This document shows positions 1 to 12,559 of a stretch of 64,000 nucleotides of DNA, piece after piece (position 1 is the first letter of the stretch; each line of letters opens with the position of its first letter). Source of the stretch: Girardia tigrina (Eukaryota); the NCBI GenBank assembly GCA_001938485.1, contig MQRK01243288.1, positions 1 through 64,000 on the forward strand. Reading direction: 5' to 3'. The position numbers were made by a program, and so were the translations under genes. The notes beneath the pieces were generated by a model. That model was given only the letters and a program-made list of their open reading frames with translations, was not told the DNA's origin and made no database searches.

Positions 1-802
1 ATTTCTCACATGTCTAGAAAAAAATTATTTTCCTCTTTTTAGTGCATTGGTAATGCTTGAAAAACGTGGTTGTTTTTATAAAAAAATTTTTTTATTAATA
101 ATATTATTTAATTATTTTTGCTACGATATTTTATTAGTATTTTATGGACATTATGTAATGTTGTTATTTTTTTGTAAACTTAATTTATTAAATATTATCT
201 AATCGACCTGTAGATCGCCCCCCTATCATCTTTTTAAACATGTCGTAATTTCTATAGATGTAGTTTTTAATAAAATAATGACACATAAAAATACTTCATG
301 TAATTTACGATACCAGATGGTAGTTTAACCTCTTTTAACACTTAATACTTATTGCTGACATTGTCCATCGAAAACTCCGACTTATATTTTCGTATATGCA
401 AATGATGAACGTAAAACTTTTTAATTATATTTTTATTCATTTAAATAGAACGGTTAGAATTTCAATGTTACTTGTTGCAATTAGAAAGCCAAATGGTTAT
501 CATTAAAGATGTCTTGCTAGTTGTAGGGTTGATACAATAAATATTTACAACCTTCACTTGGACAAAATATGTTTCAAAAATGTTTTGCGTAAATTATACC
601 TTGAAAAAAGTTTGTTTTGTACAAACAAAATAAGAATAAATTTGCTAGAGTTCCTATGTCCCGAATGACCAAATTCGTTCATCGGTCTTTTTTGTAGTCG
701 ATGTTCACTAATCGGAAAATTTTCCTCCTTATTATTGATAAAGTAACACGTTTAACAGAAGCTATGGATTGTTGGGTAAATAAATATCAAATGCAATTCC
801 TT

Positions 803-833
<31 letters not shown>

Positions 834-986
834 TATTTTGTTGTTAAGAGATGATATTGAATGCCGTTCGAAAGAATAGTAAGTGTAAAAGAGCTAACAG
901 AAACGTATGTTTCACTGAACTCTTTTACCGACTAATATGGATAAATAAAAATATAAGAAATAAATTTTAATATAATTAACTATATA

Positions 987-2301
987 ACGGGTGCGCAGGC
1001 AAAATCTGGACAAATTTTAAACCACCATTGTGAAAAAACGAAATAAAATTTCCAGAAGCTGTTTATATTTTATTGAAGGGCAAGATGTAAGGGTAAGATG
1101 TAAATGTTTACAGAATAATTGAAATCTGTCCGTCTATACACAGCACGAAGGCGTTTCTTAATCCCTTTGAAGTCCTTCCGCAACGTGGACTGATCCATTG
1201 TTTTCAACATTTTTTAATCCGTTGCTGTAGTTGAGGGATTGTGTGAGTCTCCCAGCCTCCCTCATACACTTTTGCCTTTAGAGCGCCCCAAAAATTCTCA
1301 ATGAGGCGGCAGTGTTGGACGTTGAGAGGATTACACTCCTAGACAACAAAGGGGATATTGAGATGATGGAGAAGTTTGAGAGTGCTGTTGGCATAATGTG
1401 CAGAAGCCAGGTCCGGCCAGAAGAGAATTTCGTCATCTCGATGATATTTCTTGATAAACTTCATCAGACCTTGTCTGATGCACTGCTCTTGATAGAAATC
1501 GGCATGTACACTGTTTGGCCGCTGCAAAAATATAGGATCACTGATGTGGTCTGCGGAGACACAAAGCCAAACCATCAGCTGAACAGGGAACTTTCTTTCT
1601 GTTCTATATTTGATGTGTTCAGGAGAAGATTGAAAACTCGAAGTAAAGTAGTGATAATTTCCTGGTAGATAATCACATTTCAACTTGAAGTAGTTCTCAC
1701 TGTCCATGATGATTTTTTTATCACTCAAACTTCGGAGTAATTTCCCTGCTCTCAGCTTCACTCGCTTTACTTGCTCCTCTGTGTACTGAGGAGTCTTCTT
1801 TCTCTTTCAGCATTTTAGATCACCTTCCTTGATAATATTCCTCATCATCGTGGCACAGACACCATACTTGTTGGCTTCACGTCTGTAAGATACACCACGC
1901 TTTGTTTAAATCCATCTCCGAATACTTGCGCGCTGTTGATTTGTTAACTTTTTATTGTGGCCTCCACTTCCTGGCTTTTTGTGCACATTTGAACTCGTGG
2001 AGAGGTTTCAGAGAAGCGTATAGATGGTAGACCGTGCACAACCTTCATTCACAAAGTGGTTTACAGTGAAGGCTTTTCCTTTTAAAAAGTTCAGCTGCCA
2101 GAAGTTGGGAACTCTCTCACGGAGCTGTTGCTCTATCATGTCTTTTCTGAGAAAATGAATGCCGACAGGATGATGAAATATTATGCAAGAAACCTCCTAC
2201 CCAATGTGATTCATGCTACAATTTGATTGGATGTTCCATTTATTTTTAATTTACTGATAGCATGCATTTTTCATATGTCCAGATTTTGCCTGCGCACCCG
2301 T
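987..2301 (-). mobile_element. Full-length DD37E (ITmD37E/TRT-type) DNA transposon, inactivated
   Basis: Perfect 26-bp TIRs ACGGGTGCGCAGGCAAAATCTGGACA (987-1012 / 2276-2301) with TA on both sides. The transposase has FWPDLASAHY...CRLIENFWG with 37 codons between D and E. Confidence 0.95.
1110..2139 (-). pseudogene. DD37E transposase pseudogene
   Basis: Reads MIEQQLRERV...KAFTVNHFVNEGCARSTIY from ATG at 2139, then IIMDSENYF, FWPDLASAHY and IENFWGALKAKVYEGGWE. In-frame stops (e.g. TAG at 1339-1341). The 3' end is approximate. Confidence 0.9.
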
Positions 2302-2339
2302 TAATAAAATAATATGCCAACAAGCAGATATACATACAG

Positions 2340-3250
2340 TAAGAATAATAGCTTTGAATATCAACAAGTTCTGCGGGACTTTATTGTAACATCGGATGAT
2401 TGTTTTTACAAATTTTAATTGTTGATCGATCTTAAGACAGATTCTTGGGATATGAATTGGTTGTTGAGTTTTTAAATTTTTTTTGTTGTTGATATTGAGG
2501 ATGAGATTTGACGAACTGAGTTCGGAAATTGCTGTTGTTGTGGTTTTTTCGGTTTGTAATTAGTTGGGAGATAGTTTGTTCGTGCACAGTGAAGGAATTG
2601 CCATTCTTCGTTTGTAATGTTTTCACTGAACACTATTCTTATTGTCTACAATCTCAACTGCAGATATTCCAGTCATCATTTGTTTGTTCCACTTTGTTAA
2701 TTTTAGTTTTGCATACAAACGACGGAACTCGGAGGAGAATGAGTGGATGGGAATTTTAGAAATCAATACTGATTCAGTGTTGAGATCGAGATATCTAACT
2801 GAATTGCGAATCTTTGTCCACCACGACTTGTATCCGTTATCTCTATCACTTTAATTTGACTACTGTAGACAATCAGAGAGTATCTAGTCTATATCTGTTT
2901 TGTTGTACTTATCTAGAATTTTGTTAAGTCCTGAAATGTCGATTCCGAACAAGTGAGATTTAGAAATGCTTGCACTATCGATTGCATTGCATATTCGTCT
3001 TCCACTGACACAAATCCAAGTCCTCCAAGATTCTTATTTGCATAAAAGTATTCTTTGGAAGAGTTCTGGACTGTGCCCCATATTTGTTTCAATAGTCATC
3101 TGAGTTCGACATCCAGCTTGCTCTTAAAAAAGGGCTTTTTCTTTATGTGATGCTCGTAGTTTGTTAGTTCCAGAGGAGTACAACATTGATTTTTATTAAG
3201 AGATAGCAAACTTCTTTTGCAAAACATCGACGCATCTACACTCACACACA
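2340..3250 (-). mobile_element. Degenerate non-LTR retrotransposon fragment, RLE-type (NeSL/R5/Utopia-like)
   Basis: Minus-strand translation gives EYFYANKNLGGLGFVSVEDEY (post-RT GGLG motif) and EWQFLHCARTNYLPTN (W.FIH.AR.N.LP motif). Many stops and frameshifts. Confidence 0.75.
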
Positions 3251-3339
3251 TTTAAACAATTTACACAAATGTAACGTTTGGTATGAAATCTTGGTGTATT
3301 TTCTTATAATATCTCTAAACAAAATAAGTTCCGCTGCTC

Positions 3340-3385
<46 letters not shown>

Positions 3386-3389
3386 TATA

Positions 3390-3749
3390 TGTTACTAAGC
3401 GTAGGTCACTACAGTAAGTAATCCAATTAAGTTATAGAACAAATGTTATAGTAATAAATAATTGAATGTTGTACAATTGTACAGATATAATAATGTTACA
3501 AATAACGAAAAGATTGTCGCCGTAATCTTTTAATGTTCACAACCATCGACGATTTTCACAGTAACAAATTCGCTGTTACATGCATCGCCTAAGCTGATCA
3601 TTGTAATAAAAATATTAACATGTCCAGGAAAGGTTTCTGAAGATTAAAAGAGACAATAACTCAATTTCTTGAAATTTATAACCGACTTGTCTGACAATTT
3701 GGTTTGTTGTTGGTTAATGATAGATAGATAATCGGAAAAAGAACTCACA
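3390..3749 (-). repeat. Possible solo LTR
   Basis: On the minus strand it starts TGTGAG like the other LTRs here and ends TAACA. No clean TSD and no CAGATGG motif. Confidence 0.3.
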
Positions 3750-4259
3750 ATTTGAATAATAATTTTAGCCTCAAGAAGACGAGCTGGAAACGTTTGCGAT
3801 GTGATTTTAAAAAGGTTAAGAAATGTAACTTGATTCTCTGTTTACGTTTAGTAGGATATGTAGAAGTTAGATTGTAAACTATTTACATTAGACTATGTTA
3901 AAAGAAAAGTCAAGAATACAAATAAAGAATAAATAAAAGTAAAAGATTATTATATTTATAAATAAATCTAAAAAAGATAAAACAAATTTTCTTTTCGTCA
4001 TATAAAATTTCCAAAATCATTTTATTCTCTCAAATTTAATTAAATTAAAAAAATCCATTCTTTTTTTTTAAAAAAACGAAACCCGAAAATTTTCAACAAA
4101 AAAAACACCACCCCCCCTTATAATAAAAATGTGAAAATTGATGATTGATTAATTCATCAAAACCAAAAATCAAAAAATTTTTATTCATTCAAACAATTAA
4201 GAAAAATATTTTTTTTTTGAAAAAAAAGGTAAAAATAGAAAAACAAAAATCTAACAAAT

Positions 4260-4980
4260 AAGATAACGGCAAATTCGGCATTTTTCAATTGGAAAAAAAA
4301 GTAATCAAACTAATAATTCATTTCCTTTCAGACGGTCATCATGACATTTTACGAGTGACCGTTCACGGCATGTTTCATCGATTTATTAAAACAAAAAAAA
4401 ACATAACAATTTATCTATAAACAAATCCCAAATAACAAATCGACTTTCGCGATAGTTGGTGGGGCTTTTCTCTCTCTCTCTCTCTCTTCTTCTTCTCCTT
4501 CTTCCTCTCCTTCTCTTTCTCCTCCTTCTCTTTCAAAATAAATGAAAATTAATACTTAATTAATTTAAAAAATAATAATCCGGTAAAATATAAAAAATAC
4601 TAATCTATTGATTAATTTGCTAGGGCAACGATTGAAGCAAAAGCGACTGTCATTCAATTAGAAAGGGCATTTTAAGCTGATTTATTCTGGCATAATCTAA
4701 GACAACAAAGAAACGTGTGGCATCAAAAATGAATTGATCTCGGTATGGCGATGGGACAATCAAAGCTATCTCATCTAATTGATCTGACATCATCAGGAGT
4801 GATCTGATTCAATAGTGAGATAATGGCTTAGAAGAAAACATTTATCAAGCTTTGGCAGAATCCATAACTGGCAAATAATAATAATGATGATGATAATAAT
4901 AATAGTAATAATAATAATAATATCGATCGAGAACTGATGAATTCTTCAATCATCACAACTGACAGTTTTAGATGAAGAAT
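4260..4980. promoter_or_regulatory. Candidate cis-regulatory island
   Basis: Non-repetitive and ORF-free, with a CT-rich tract at about 4465-4535. Motifs: ATCAAAG 4759-4765, CATCAAA 4721-4727, CTGTCA 4647-4652, TGACAG 4960-4965. Confidence 0.35.
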
Positions 4981-5225
4981 TTGATTTCGCAGAATTATAA
5001 TTATTATTATTATTTTCGCTATTATTATTATTATCAAACTTTTAAATTAAAAAAAATGTATTATTAATAATTTGGAAAAAAAATTATTATAAATAATTGT
5101 AATAGTTTTGTTTAAAGTTTCTGATAGTTATATCAATATTTGAATTCATTATAAGCAATATTGCGACACTCAAACGCAGCACACCAGATCAACAACTGGG
5201 TGAGGACACTAGCCAAGCAACTTAA

Positions 5226-5448
5226 CCCTTTCCTGGCTGAATTAAAAATCCTTAAATCACTTTCTGCAACTTTCAAATGATAAAAATAAAAGGACGGTTG
5301 ACAAAATACGTGTTAAAATAATTTTTCTTTAAAAGAAAAATCTTCCTTATTCATCAGGATAAAAATTTTATTCATATTTTTTCCATAGATGCCTATAAAA
5401 TATTAAAATGAAACATGATTCCATATGACATCAATAGTCAGGAAAGGG
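5226..5448. mobile_element. piggyBac-type MITE (223 bp)
   Basis: TTAA on both sides (5222-5225, 5449-5452). 13-bp TIRs CCCTTTCCTGGCT / AGTCAGGAAAGGG with 1 mismatch. Confidence 0.88.
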
Positions 5449-5552
5449 TTAAGTGCGACTAATTATATCTAAATGAAGGACTACATCTTTAGGATAGACT
5501 CCCGTGTGATCAATTCTGTGTTCTGCAGATATAATATGTATGTAGGTATATA

Positions 5553-6345
5553 TTGGGTTGTTCGGAAAGTCATTTCGTTTTTTTTGTATTAAAGTAAAAG
5601 ACAAATTTTTATGACGAATAAATATTTTATTGAAATACATATTGACCATTGTGGTCCAATACATTCTTCCATCTTCCTGGCAGTGACATGATTCCACGTT
5701 CATAAAATATTTGTTCTTTACTGCGAAAAAAACTTTTCCAGGTGATTTTTAACATCTTCATTTGATCCAAAAGTGTTACCATCTAAATAATTTTGTAGAG
5801 ACCTGAACAAAGGATAATTAGAAGGTGCGAGGTCTGGAGAATATGGTGGGTGAGGCATGATGTTCCATCCAAGCTGTAAAAGCTTTTGGCGAAATTACCA
5901 AACTTGTATGAGGTGTGGCATTATCTTGGCGAAACACTTTTTCTGTTGATCAATTCTGGCCTTTTTTGTTTAAGGGATTCATTTAATTTGTCCAGCTAAT
6001 GGCAGTAGACGTCCGAATTGATCGTAATTTTGTCCGGAAGGAGCTCATAAAATATGATTCCTTTGAAATCCCACCAAACAGATAGCATCACTTTTTTTTG
6101 ATGATTGTCAGCTTTCGAAGTGCTTTGAGCAGGTTGATCTTTTTTACTCCAAGATCTCTTGCGTTTTACATTATTGTAGACTACCCATTTCTCATCTCCA
6201 GTGACGATGCGCTTCAAAAATGGATCATTGTCTTGACTTTTGAGAAGCATATCGCAGATGTCTAAACGACAACATAAATTTCGTTCGGTAAGATTATGAG
6301 GAATCCATGTGTCGAGTTTTGATGTAAAACCTAGGCGCTTCAAAT
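5553..6345 (-). mobile_element. 5'-truncated mariner (DD34D-type) element
   Basis: TIR TTGGGTTGTTCGGAAAGTCATTTCG next to TA. Motifs WIPHNL, VTGDEKW, QDNATPH and HPPYSPDLAPSN. Stops and frameshifts. Confidence 0.92.
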
Positions 6346-6844
6346 AAGAGTTTCTTTGGAAATATTCTAAGTTATTTTGACTCAATGTAGATAGAACAAG
6401 TTTTTCTGTGGTGATACGTCCGGAAATATTTTGAAAACCCAGTAAGAGTACTGGCAGCGAGGAAAATTGTCTTGAATGAAACATTGATATTTAAGTCTTT
6501 GCGATTCACAATCGTTCGAAAATATTGCAATTGAATAACTTGATGATGATATAAGCAATTATGTAGAATTTGTTTGACTTCCAACGAAGATTTGGAATTA
6601 GATTCATCTGAACTGGTTTTTTTGCTTGTCGTGAGTCTTTAGTCATCATATACGTAAACCTTCAATGATTAATTATTATTGATTTAAAATTTATATACAA
6701 ATTTCAATGGAAAATTGATATTTCCATAGAAAGTTTAAATTTATATAATTACAAAAATTATTATTATTATATTGCTATATATATATTATAATGTTCATAT
6801 TTCTGGTGATAGCCGCTAAAGGTAAGGCTTCACTGAGGGAATTG

Positions 6845-6898
<54 letters not shown>

Positions 6899-7494
6899 TA
6901 TATATATTTGATAAAGACTTTTACAAAGTCAACGTTGAACATGTTTTGATCGTCATCTTTGATGATCTTCAATATTTATTTGTGTTGTAATTTATTTTTC
7001 ATTAATTTTTGTTTTAATAATTTATTTAAGTTTCAATTTTATTGGTTAATAATTTATTTAATTTTTTTTAAAGATCTTTAATATTGAGGCTGCTTTACTT
7101 TTCCCATTTTGGATGTTATAGTGTATTAGTAGAAATTGTTCACAATGAAACCCCTGATAATGTGAATTAAAATTCTACTGAATAATTGAAAATTCATCTT
7201 TTGAAATTGATGAAGTTATTTCTTTGCAAAATCTGCAGTGGTCAAGAACCTTACTCGAACCGTGTTTCCTAATTCTTTATCAATGTTATATCAAAATTTT
7301 GTAAAAATATCAACTGAATTCCGGCAAATGTTTGATTTTTTTGCCATATTAGTTAATTTTTTTCCAATCACTATTCGATAATTAACCTTTAAATGTTTTA
7401 ACTACCATGATCCTATACACTTAGTTGTCTTGAAGTTGTAAAATGAAACTTATTCAATTATTCAGTGATGTCCCACAGAAAAGCAAGATCATGG

Positions 7495-7640
7495 ACCAAT
7501 GTAGCCCGGGCAGTTTGTCGATTCGATCCCGCTCCAGACCACTTAATTTTCGTGATCACTTCTGGTCGGAGCCCTCGCTTAGTCGGCTACCCATCCTCTG
7601 AAAGTCGACTGGTTCTCACGAAATCCAGAACGACAACGAC
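7495..7640 (+). mobile_element. Possible degenerate tRNA-derived SINE head
   Basis: B-box-like GATTCGATCCC (7520-7530) downstream of an A-box-like GTAGCCCGGG, in a GC-rich patch. No full cloverleaf. Confidence 0.35.
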
Positions 7641-8519
7641 TTCAGATAAAATGATATTTATTTCCAGAAGGAACAACCATCTTTGTTTATTAATATTTAT
7701 TATTTTTAGAAATTACACTTTTGTTGTGACAATTTTTATGCGTTTAAACAAGTGTCTTTACATTCGCAATTTTCATTAATTATTATAATTTCATTTTTTA
7801 CAGTTTTTTCAACCAAGTTTCATCTTACCGGTTTTCTATAATTGTCACGCGTGAATCGTATTTAGAATTGGCGTGTTGATGATCATTACAATGACAATAA
7901 TTTTGATTATTATTTATTTTTATATTTTCTTTTCCTGTAGTAAAAATTTTTGAATTAAGTAAATATGTTTTTGGACAAAAGAAACTTTATTACTGTTATA
8001 TTTTTTTACAATTGATTAAAGCAAAGACCAAAATGGGAAAGGATAAGGAAATTTGTACTAGCATGGGATAACGCGAATATTGCAGAATCACGGATTAGAT
8101 AACAAAACGGAAATAATCAAGATTCTTATTTCCAAAACATTAGATATAGGACTGAGTTTATAGATGTATAAATGAGTTGAGATAAGACAGTATCGTTGCT
8201 ACATTGCTATATAATAATTGCAGTTGAAGTAACATAAAACAATGGCAGAGCTGTATTGGCAGCCCAATCTCATTGTCATATTCAATTATGATGGACGAGT
8301 GGTTCATCATCATTACAATTTATTTAATAATATTAGACAAAGTAAATTATTTATGCCCTCCGTCTAAAAAGGAACAAACAAATAAATTTAATGAATTTTG
8401 GGACTGGCAAGTGTTATAAAATTAGAACAAATTAACAAATGACGGTAAATATCTAGACACTTTCAGTATAAAAATAATTAATTTAAAAAAACCATTCCGA
8501 AAATGAGCAAAAAAATAAA

Positions 8520-8930
8520 CGTGGTCAAGAAGTCATGTACAGACTCAATGAAATGCTAAAAATCGACGAATTAGTGACTGCTCTGGGCTATTCTTGGAAT
8601 TCAAGGGGTTCTGATGTGCGATGAGAAATGATCCGCATCAAAAGAGAGGATGTTGTGCGTTTCGTGGATTGCATTGGGACCTGTTCACAGGGAACTCTTT
8701 CCGCGCCGTCTAATCATCACCTATAATGTTTACTGCACCCAATAAGACAGTGTTCAGGCCGCTTCGTGTGTTCGAGTTATGAACGCAGCTTGTGTTTGTT
8801 TTCAAAAAGACAACGCTTGACCTCCTGCTTCACTACGAACTCACCAAAAAATTAATGAATTTGGTTGGGATGTTCTTAAATATCCACTATATATCCCCTA
8901 TTATCATCTTTTCCTAAAATGTCAGAGTTT
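8520..8930 (+). mobile_element. Highly degenerate mariner transposase fragment
   Basis: Remnants of WNSRG, DNA*P and GWDVLKYPLY (compare GWEVLPHPPYSP). Confidence 0.55.
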
Positions 8931-9588
8931 TACCGCGGTGGTTTTTTATTTTTGTAGCCTCATTCGAAATAAATAATCAAAAGTAATCGTTATTACATTA
9001 ATGACAACAACGTCTTGTTATTCTAAAAATTGATACTTATAATAAAATGTTAATTTACTGATAAAACTTTCGTACATTGAAAGAATGAAAATCTTTATAA
9101 AAAATTGAACCGAATAAATATCACTTTTTTACAAGTAATATCCCACAGATAGCATTTTTTAAAATATCAAAAAAATTATAAGGTTTTGATTGATTAAATA
9201 GAAAAATAAATGATTTTTTTAAATTACTGAATAATTCATATTTAAATATTTTAAAAATAAATTGCGTATTTAATGAATTTAATAAATTAGAAATAATTTA
9301 TTTAAATTTTTTTGTCAAAAAAGACTTAAGTATATGTCATTATAAATAATACTGAATATTAACAACATCACAATTAGAATTTAAACATTTATTGATAACA
9401 CAAACAGATTCTTCACAACAATTCTCAGAGAGAATCTTTCTTTGATTGATATTGTTTTTGTTTTTTATATTCAAATCTAAAAAACAATGAATGGGAAATT
9501 TTTTAATATTAACTTTTAATTTCTCATAATTTTATTGGATAAAAATGCATTACGTAATTTTTAAATAAACATTAATTTTTAAAAACAA

Positions 9589-9629
9589 GACGACGCGTTT
9601 CGGGATAATAAAATTCCCATCATCAGGTC
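9589..9629 (-). ncRNA. Minimal type-I hammerhead ribozyme (inverted copy)
   Basis: Exact reverse complement of 10382-10422. Confidence 0.85.
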
Positions 9630-9698
9630 ACAAATTACACTACGCAAGTACACTATATGGTAGCTTGCCGAAAATAAATTTAATTTATCCAATAAATT

Positions 9699-10346
9699 NN
9701 NNNNNNNNNNNNNNNNNNNNNNNNNNNNNNNNNNNNNNNNNNNNNNNNNNNNNNNNNNNNNNNNNNNNNNNNNNNNNNNNNNNNNNNNNNNNNNNNNNNN
9801 NNNNNNNNNNNNNNNNNNNNNNNNNNNNNNNNNNNNNNNNNNNNNNNNNNNNNNNNNNNNNNNNNNNNNNNNNNNNNNNNNNNNNNNNNNNNNNNNNNNN
9901 NNNNNNNNNNNNNNNNNNNNNNNNNNNNNNNNNNNNNNNNNNNNNNNNNNNNNNNNNNNNNNNNNNNNNNNNNNNNNNNNNNNNNNNNNNNNNNNNNNNN
10001 NNNNNNNNNNNNNNNNNNNNNNNNNNNNNNNNNNNNNNNNNNNNNNNNNNNNNNNNNNNNNNNNNNNNNNNNNNNNNNNNNNNNNNNNNNNNNNNNNNNN
10101 NNNNNNNNNNNNNNNNNNNNNNNNNNNNNNNNNNNNNNNNNNNNNNNNNNNNNNNNNNNNNNNNNNNNNNNNNNNNNNNNNNNNNNNNNNNNNNNNNNNN
10201 NNNNNNNNNNNNNNNNNNNNNNNNNNNNNNNNNNNNNNNNNNNNNNNNNNNNNNNNNNNNNNNNNNNNNNNNNNNNNNNNNNNNNNNNNNNNNNNNNNNN
10301 NNNNNNNNNNNNNNNNNNNNNNNNNNNNNNNNNNNNNNNNNNNNNN
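9699..10346. other. Assembly gap (others at 20336-20442, 42875-42945, 48443-48480)
   Basis: Run of N. Confidence 1.
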
Positions 10347-10381
10347 GCTACCATATAGTGTACTTGCGTAGTGTAATTTGT

Positions 10382-10422
10382 GACCTGATGATGGGAATTT
10401 TATTATCCCGAAACGCGTCGTC
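10382..10422 (+). ncRNA. Minimal type-I hammerhead ribozyme
   Basis: GAC-CUGAUGA-U-GGGA..UCCC-GAAAC-GC-GUC-GUC. Intact core, stem I GAC/GUC, stem II GGGA/UCCC, palindromic stem III ACGCGU, GUC cleavage triplet. Confidence 0.88.
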
Positions 10423-10799
10423 TTGTTTTTATCCCTATTATATAGATTTTACTTTGCAATGTGTAAATTAATTTTTAAAATATAATAAATTTAATAAGTT
10501 AAAATAGTTTACTGAAAATATTATTAAATTACATAATTATAAAACTTTAATTAATTAGTACTTAAAATTAATATCATTAAATTAATTTCATTAGATTCAA
10601 ATAATCAATCAATAAACATATCAATCCCATCTGAGTAGGAGAGTCACCAATCTAAATAGCATAAAAACAACAAACTAACAACATTCCAAATTTTCTCTCA
10701 CACTGAATTTAGCAGCAAAAACATTCAGCGAATAAACGAAAAATAATATTTTACCAGTTTTGCAACTTTAATTATTTTAATTTTTTTCAATAATCTCAT

Positions 10800-11510
10800 T
10801 TTATACTGAGATAATGTGCAAACTCTGTATGAAATATTATTCGAGAGTTTACTAAAATCTTATAATATTATAATATGATCGTTTTCCTTAACACCAAAGA
10901 GATATCCATAGGAGAGAACATGTGGAAATTGTTCTCAGACAAGAAGAACTTTTATCAAAATGAAAAAGTCTACACGAGAAGCAACAAAATTCTCATAATT
11001 TTATTTTTATTATTTTTTCAAAACGAAAACATCGTTAATAATTAATTAGATTTACAACATGCTTCTTTCTTAATAGAAAGTCTTTATATATTTGGTTCAT
11101 TCAAAGAACGAAAAGTTAAAACAAAAACTATAAACGATTAATCTGTATTAAATTACAGAAAATTTCAAAATTTTCATTGGCAATAAATACAAATATTCAA
11201 AAATTAAAATTCAAAACTTTAAAACAAATTATAATAATTATTTTAAATTATTCAACAATCATTCAATAAATTGCAAATAACTTTAAAAGAAATTTTATTT
11301 TATCTTTATATTTTTATTTATTGCTATGAATTTTTTTGATAATTTCTGTAATTTAATTTAACAAACTAAAGTTGTTGTTAAAAAATTTCGTTCTCTCAAT
11401 AGTCCAAACACCTGAAGACGTTCTACTTAGAACGAAACATGTCGTGTATGCAATAAGTGATTATTCTAGTGATAATTTATATTTATTCATTTCTACTTCA
11501 GTACAATGTT
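10800..11510 (+). mobile_element. Very degenerate Penelope-like 3' end
   Basis: Faint GIY-YIG remnants (IGE; LIESLYI..IND), followed by an AT-rich UTR and an intact hammerhead at 11408. Confidence 0.5.
11408..11447 (+). ncRNA. Minimal type-I hammerhead ribozyme
   Basis: ACAC-CUGAAGA-C-GUUCU(ACUU)AGAAC-GAAAC-AU-GUC-GUGU. Fully paired stems I and II, palindromic stem III ACAUGU. Confidence 0.9.
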
Positions 11511-12559
11511 AATAAAACATGAAATATAATCATTTATTTCAATTTTCTTTCACTTCAATCCGAAATTTCTAGTATTTTATACATTATGTTTCAGGAAGTC
11601 TTTCCTTCACACTCAAATAAAAAGAAGATATTTTTTTTATTTATATCAACTTCATTTCTTTGTCGAATAATTTTTTTTGGTAAATTCAATAATTTTCTCG
11701 TTTATGACCGATTTTGCTGTCTTGTTGATAGTAGTGTGATTATCTTGACTCTTGGTTAATGATTCTGGACGATATCAGTAAACTTGCATTGTTTACAAGA
11801 GATGCGTTTTATTATCTCTAATTTTAATTATTCATTCAAATTACTTTTATAATTTGATAATCCATCCAGCATAAATTTTAAAATGATATCAGAAGATAGG
11901 AAATTATCATCTCTTTGTAGATGTTTCTATTGCAAGTCTCACTGGCTTTAAAGTATTAATAATTGAACTATGTTTTGCAGATAAAAATGTTATCTGACAT
12001 TATCTAATGATAATCTTTTTATCAAATATCCAGCTTTACTGGCAATCTAATCCTTTGGAGAATGGTGAAGGTCAGTCGTTTGAATAGGCAAGTCAGGTTT
12101 TAAAACGTTTTATAGGTTGATCCAAACTTTTAAGTTTAGATTTTTTAGGATTTAAATGAAAGAGGTAATTGACTTTACTATTGATGTAATGAAATATATT
12201 TATTTACTCTTAATACTTCTTTTATTAAGATTGAATATTATTCAAAATTCCATAATGAAACAATTTCATGGATTGAAGGTCAATTCTTTATGGATTTTCG
12301 AAAAAATCATTTAAAAGATGTTCTTCTTTTGTCTTGATTAAGATATTTCAGGATACTTTTGAAACTGTTTTGAAAATTATTACCTAAAATAATAAATGTT
12401 ATTATTATTATTATTATTATTTTAAGTCAGAAAATATAATCATAATATATTGTTATTAATTTGGACAGATCAGCCGTCACCACCAGACTAAACCAACAAT
12501 CATTTACTCTTACTTAAATACCAAAGTAATGTTTATGTAATCGTTACATCAAGTTATGG

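Larger units (their letters stand above)
9581..10466. mobile_element. Penelope-like element with inverted pseudo-LTRs; interior lies in an assembly gap
   Basis: Inverted arms 9581-9664 / 10347-10430, each with a hammerhead motif. About 36-nt unpaired tail at 10431-10466. Target ATTAATTTTTAAAA is duplicated (9571-9584 / 10467-10480). Confidence 0.8.
9357..10702 (-). mobile_element. Gypsy-type solo LTR interrupted by a Penelope-like insertion
   Basis: 5-bp TSD CTGAA (9352-9356 / 10703-10707). Minus-strand ends are TGTGAG...GTTAATA. Colinear with the uninterrupted copy at 16909-17356. Confidence 0.88.

Noticed and set aside
1312-1668. 118-aa plus-strand ORF
   Set aside because: Antisense shadow of the DD37E transposase.
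4828-5037. 69-aa ORF rich in I and L
   Set aside because: Produced by (ATT)/(AAT) microsatellites.
9665-10471. Long ORFs of 268 and 224 aa
   Set aside because: They only span the N gap.
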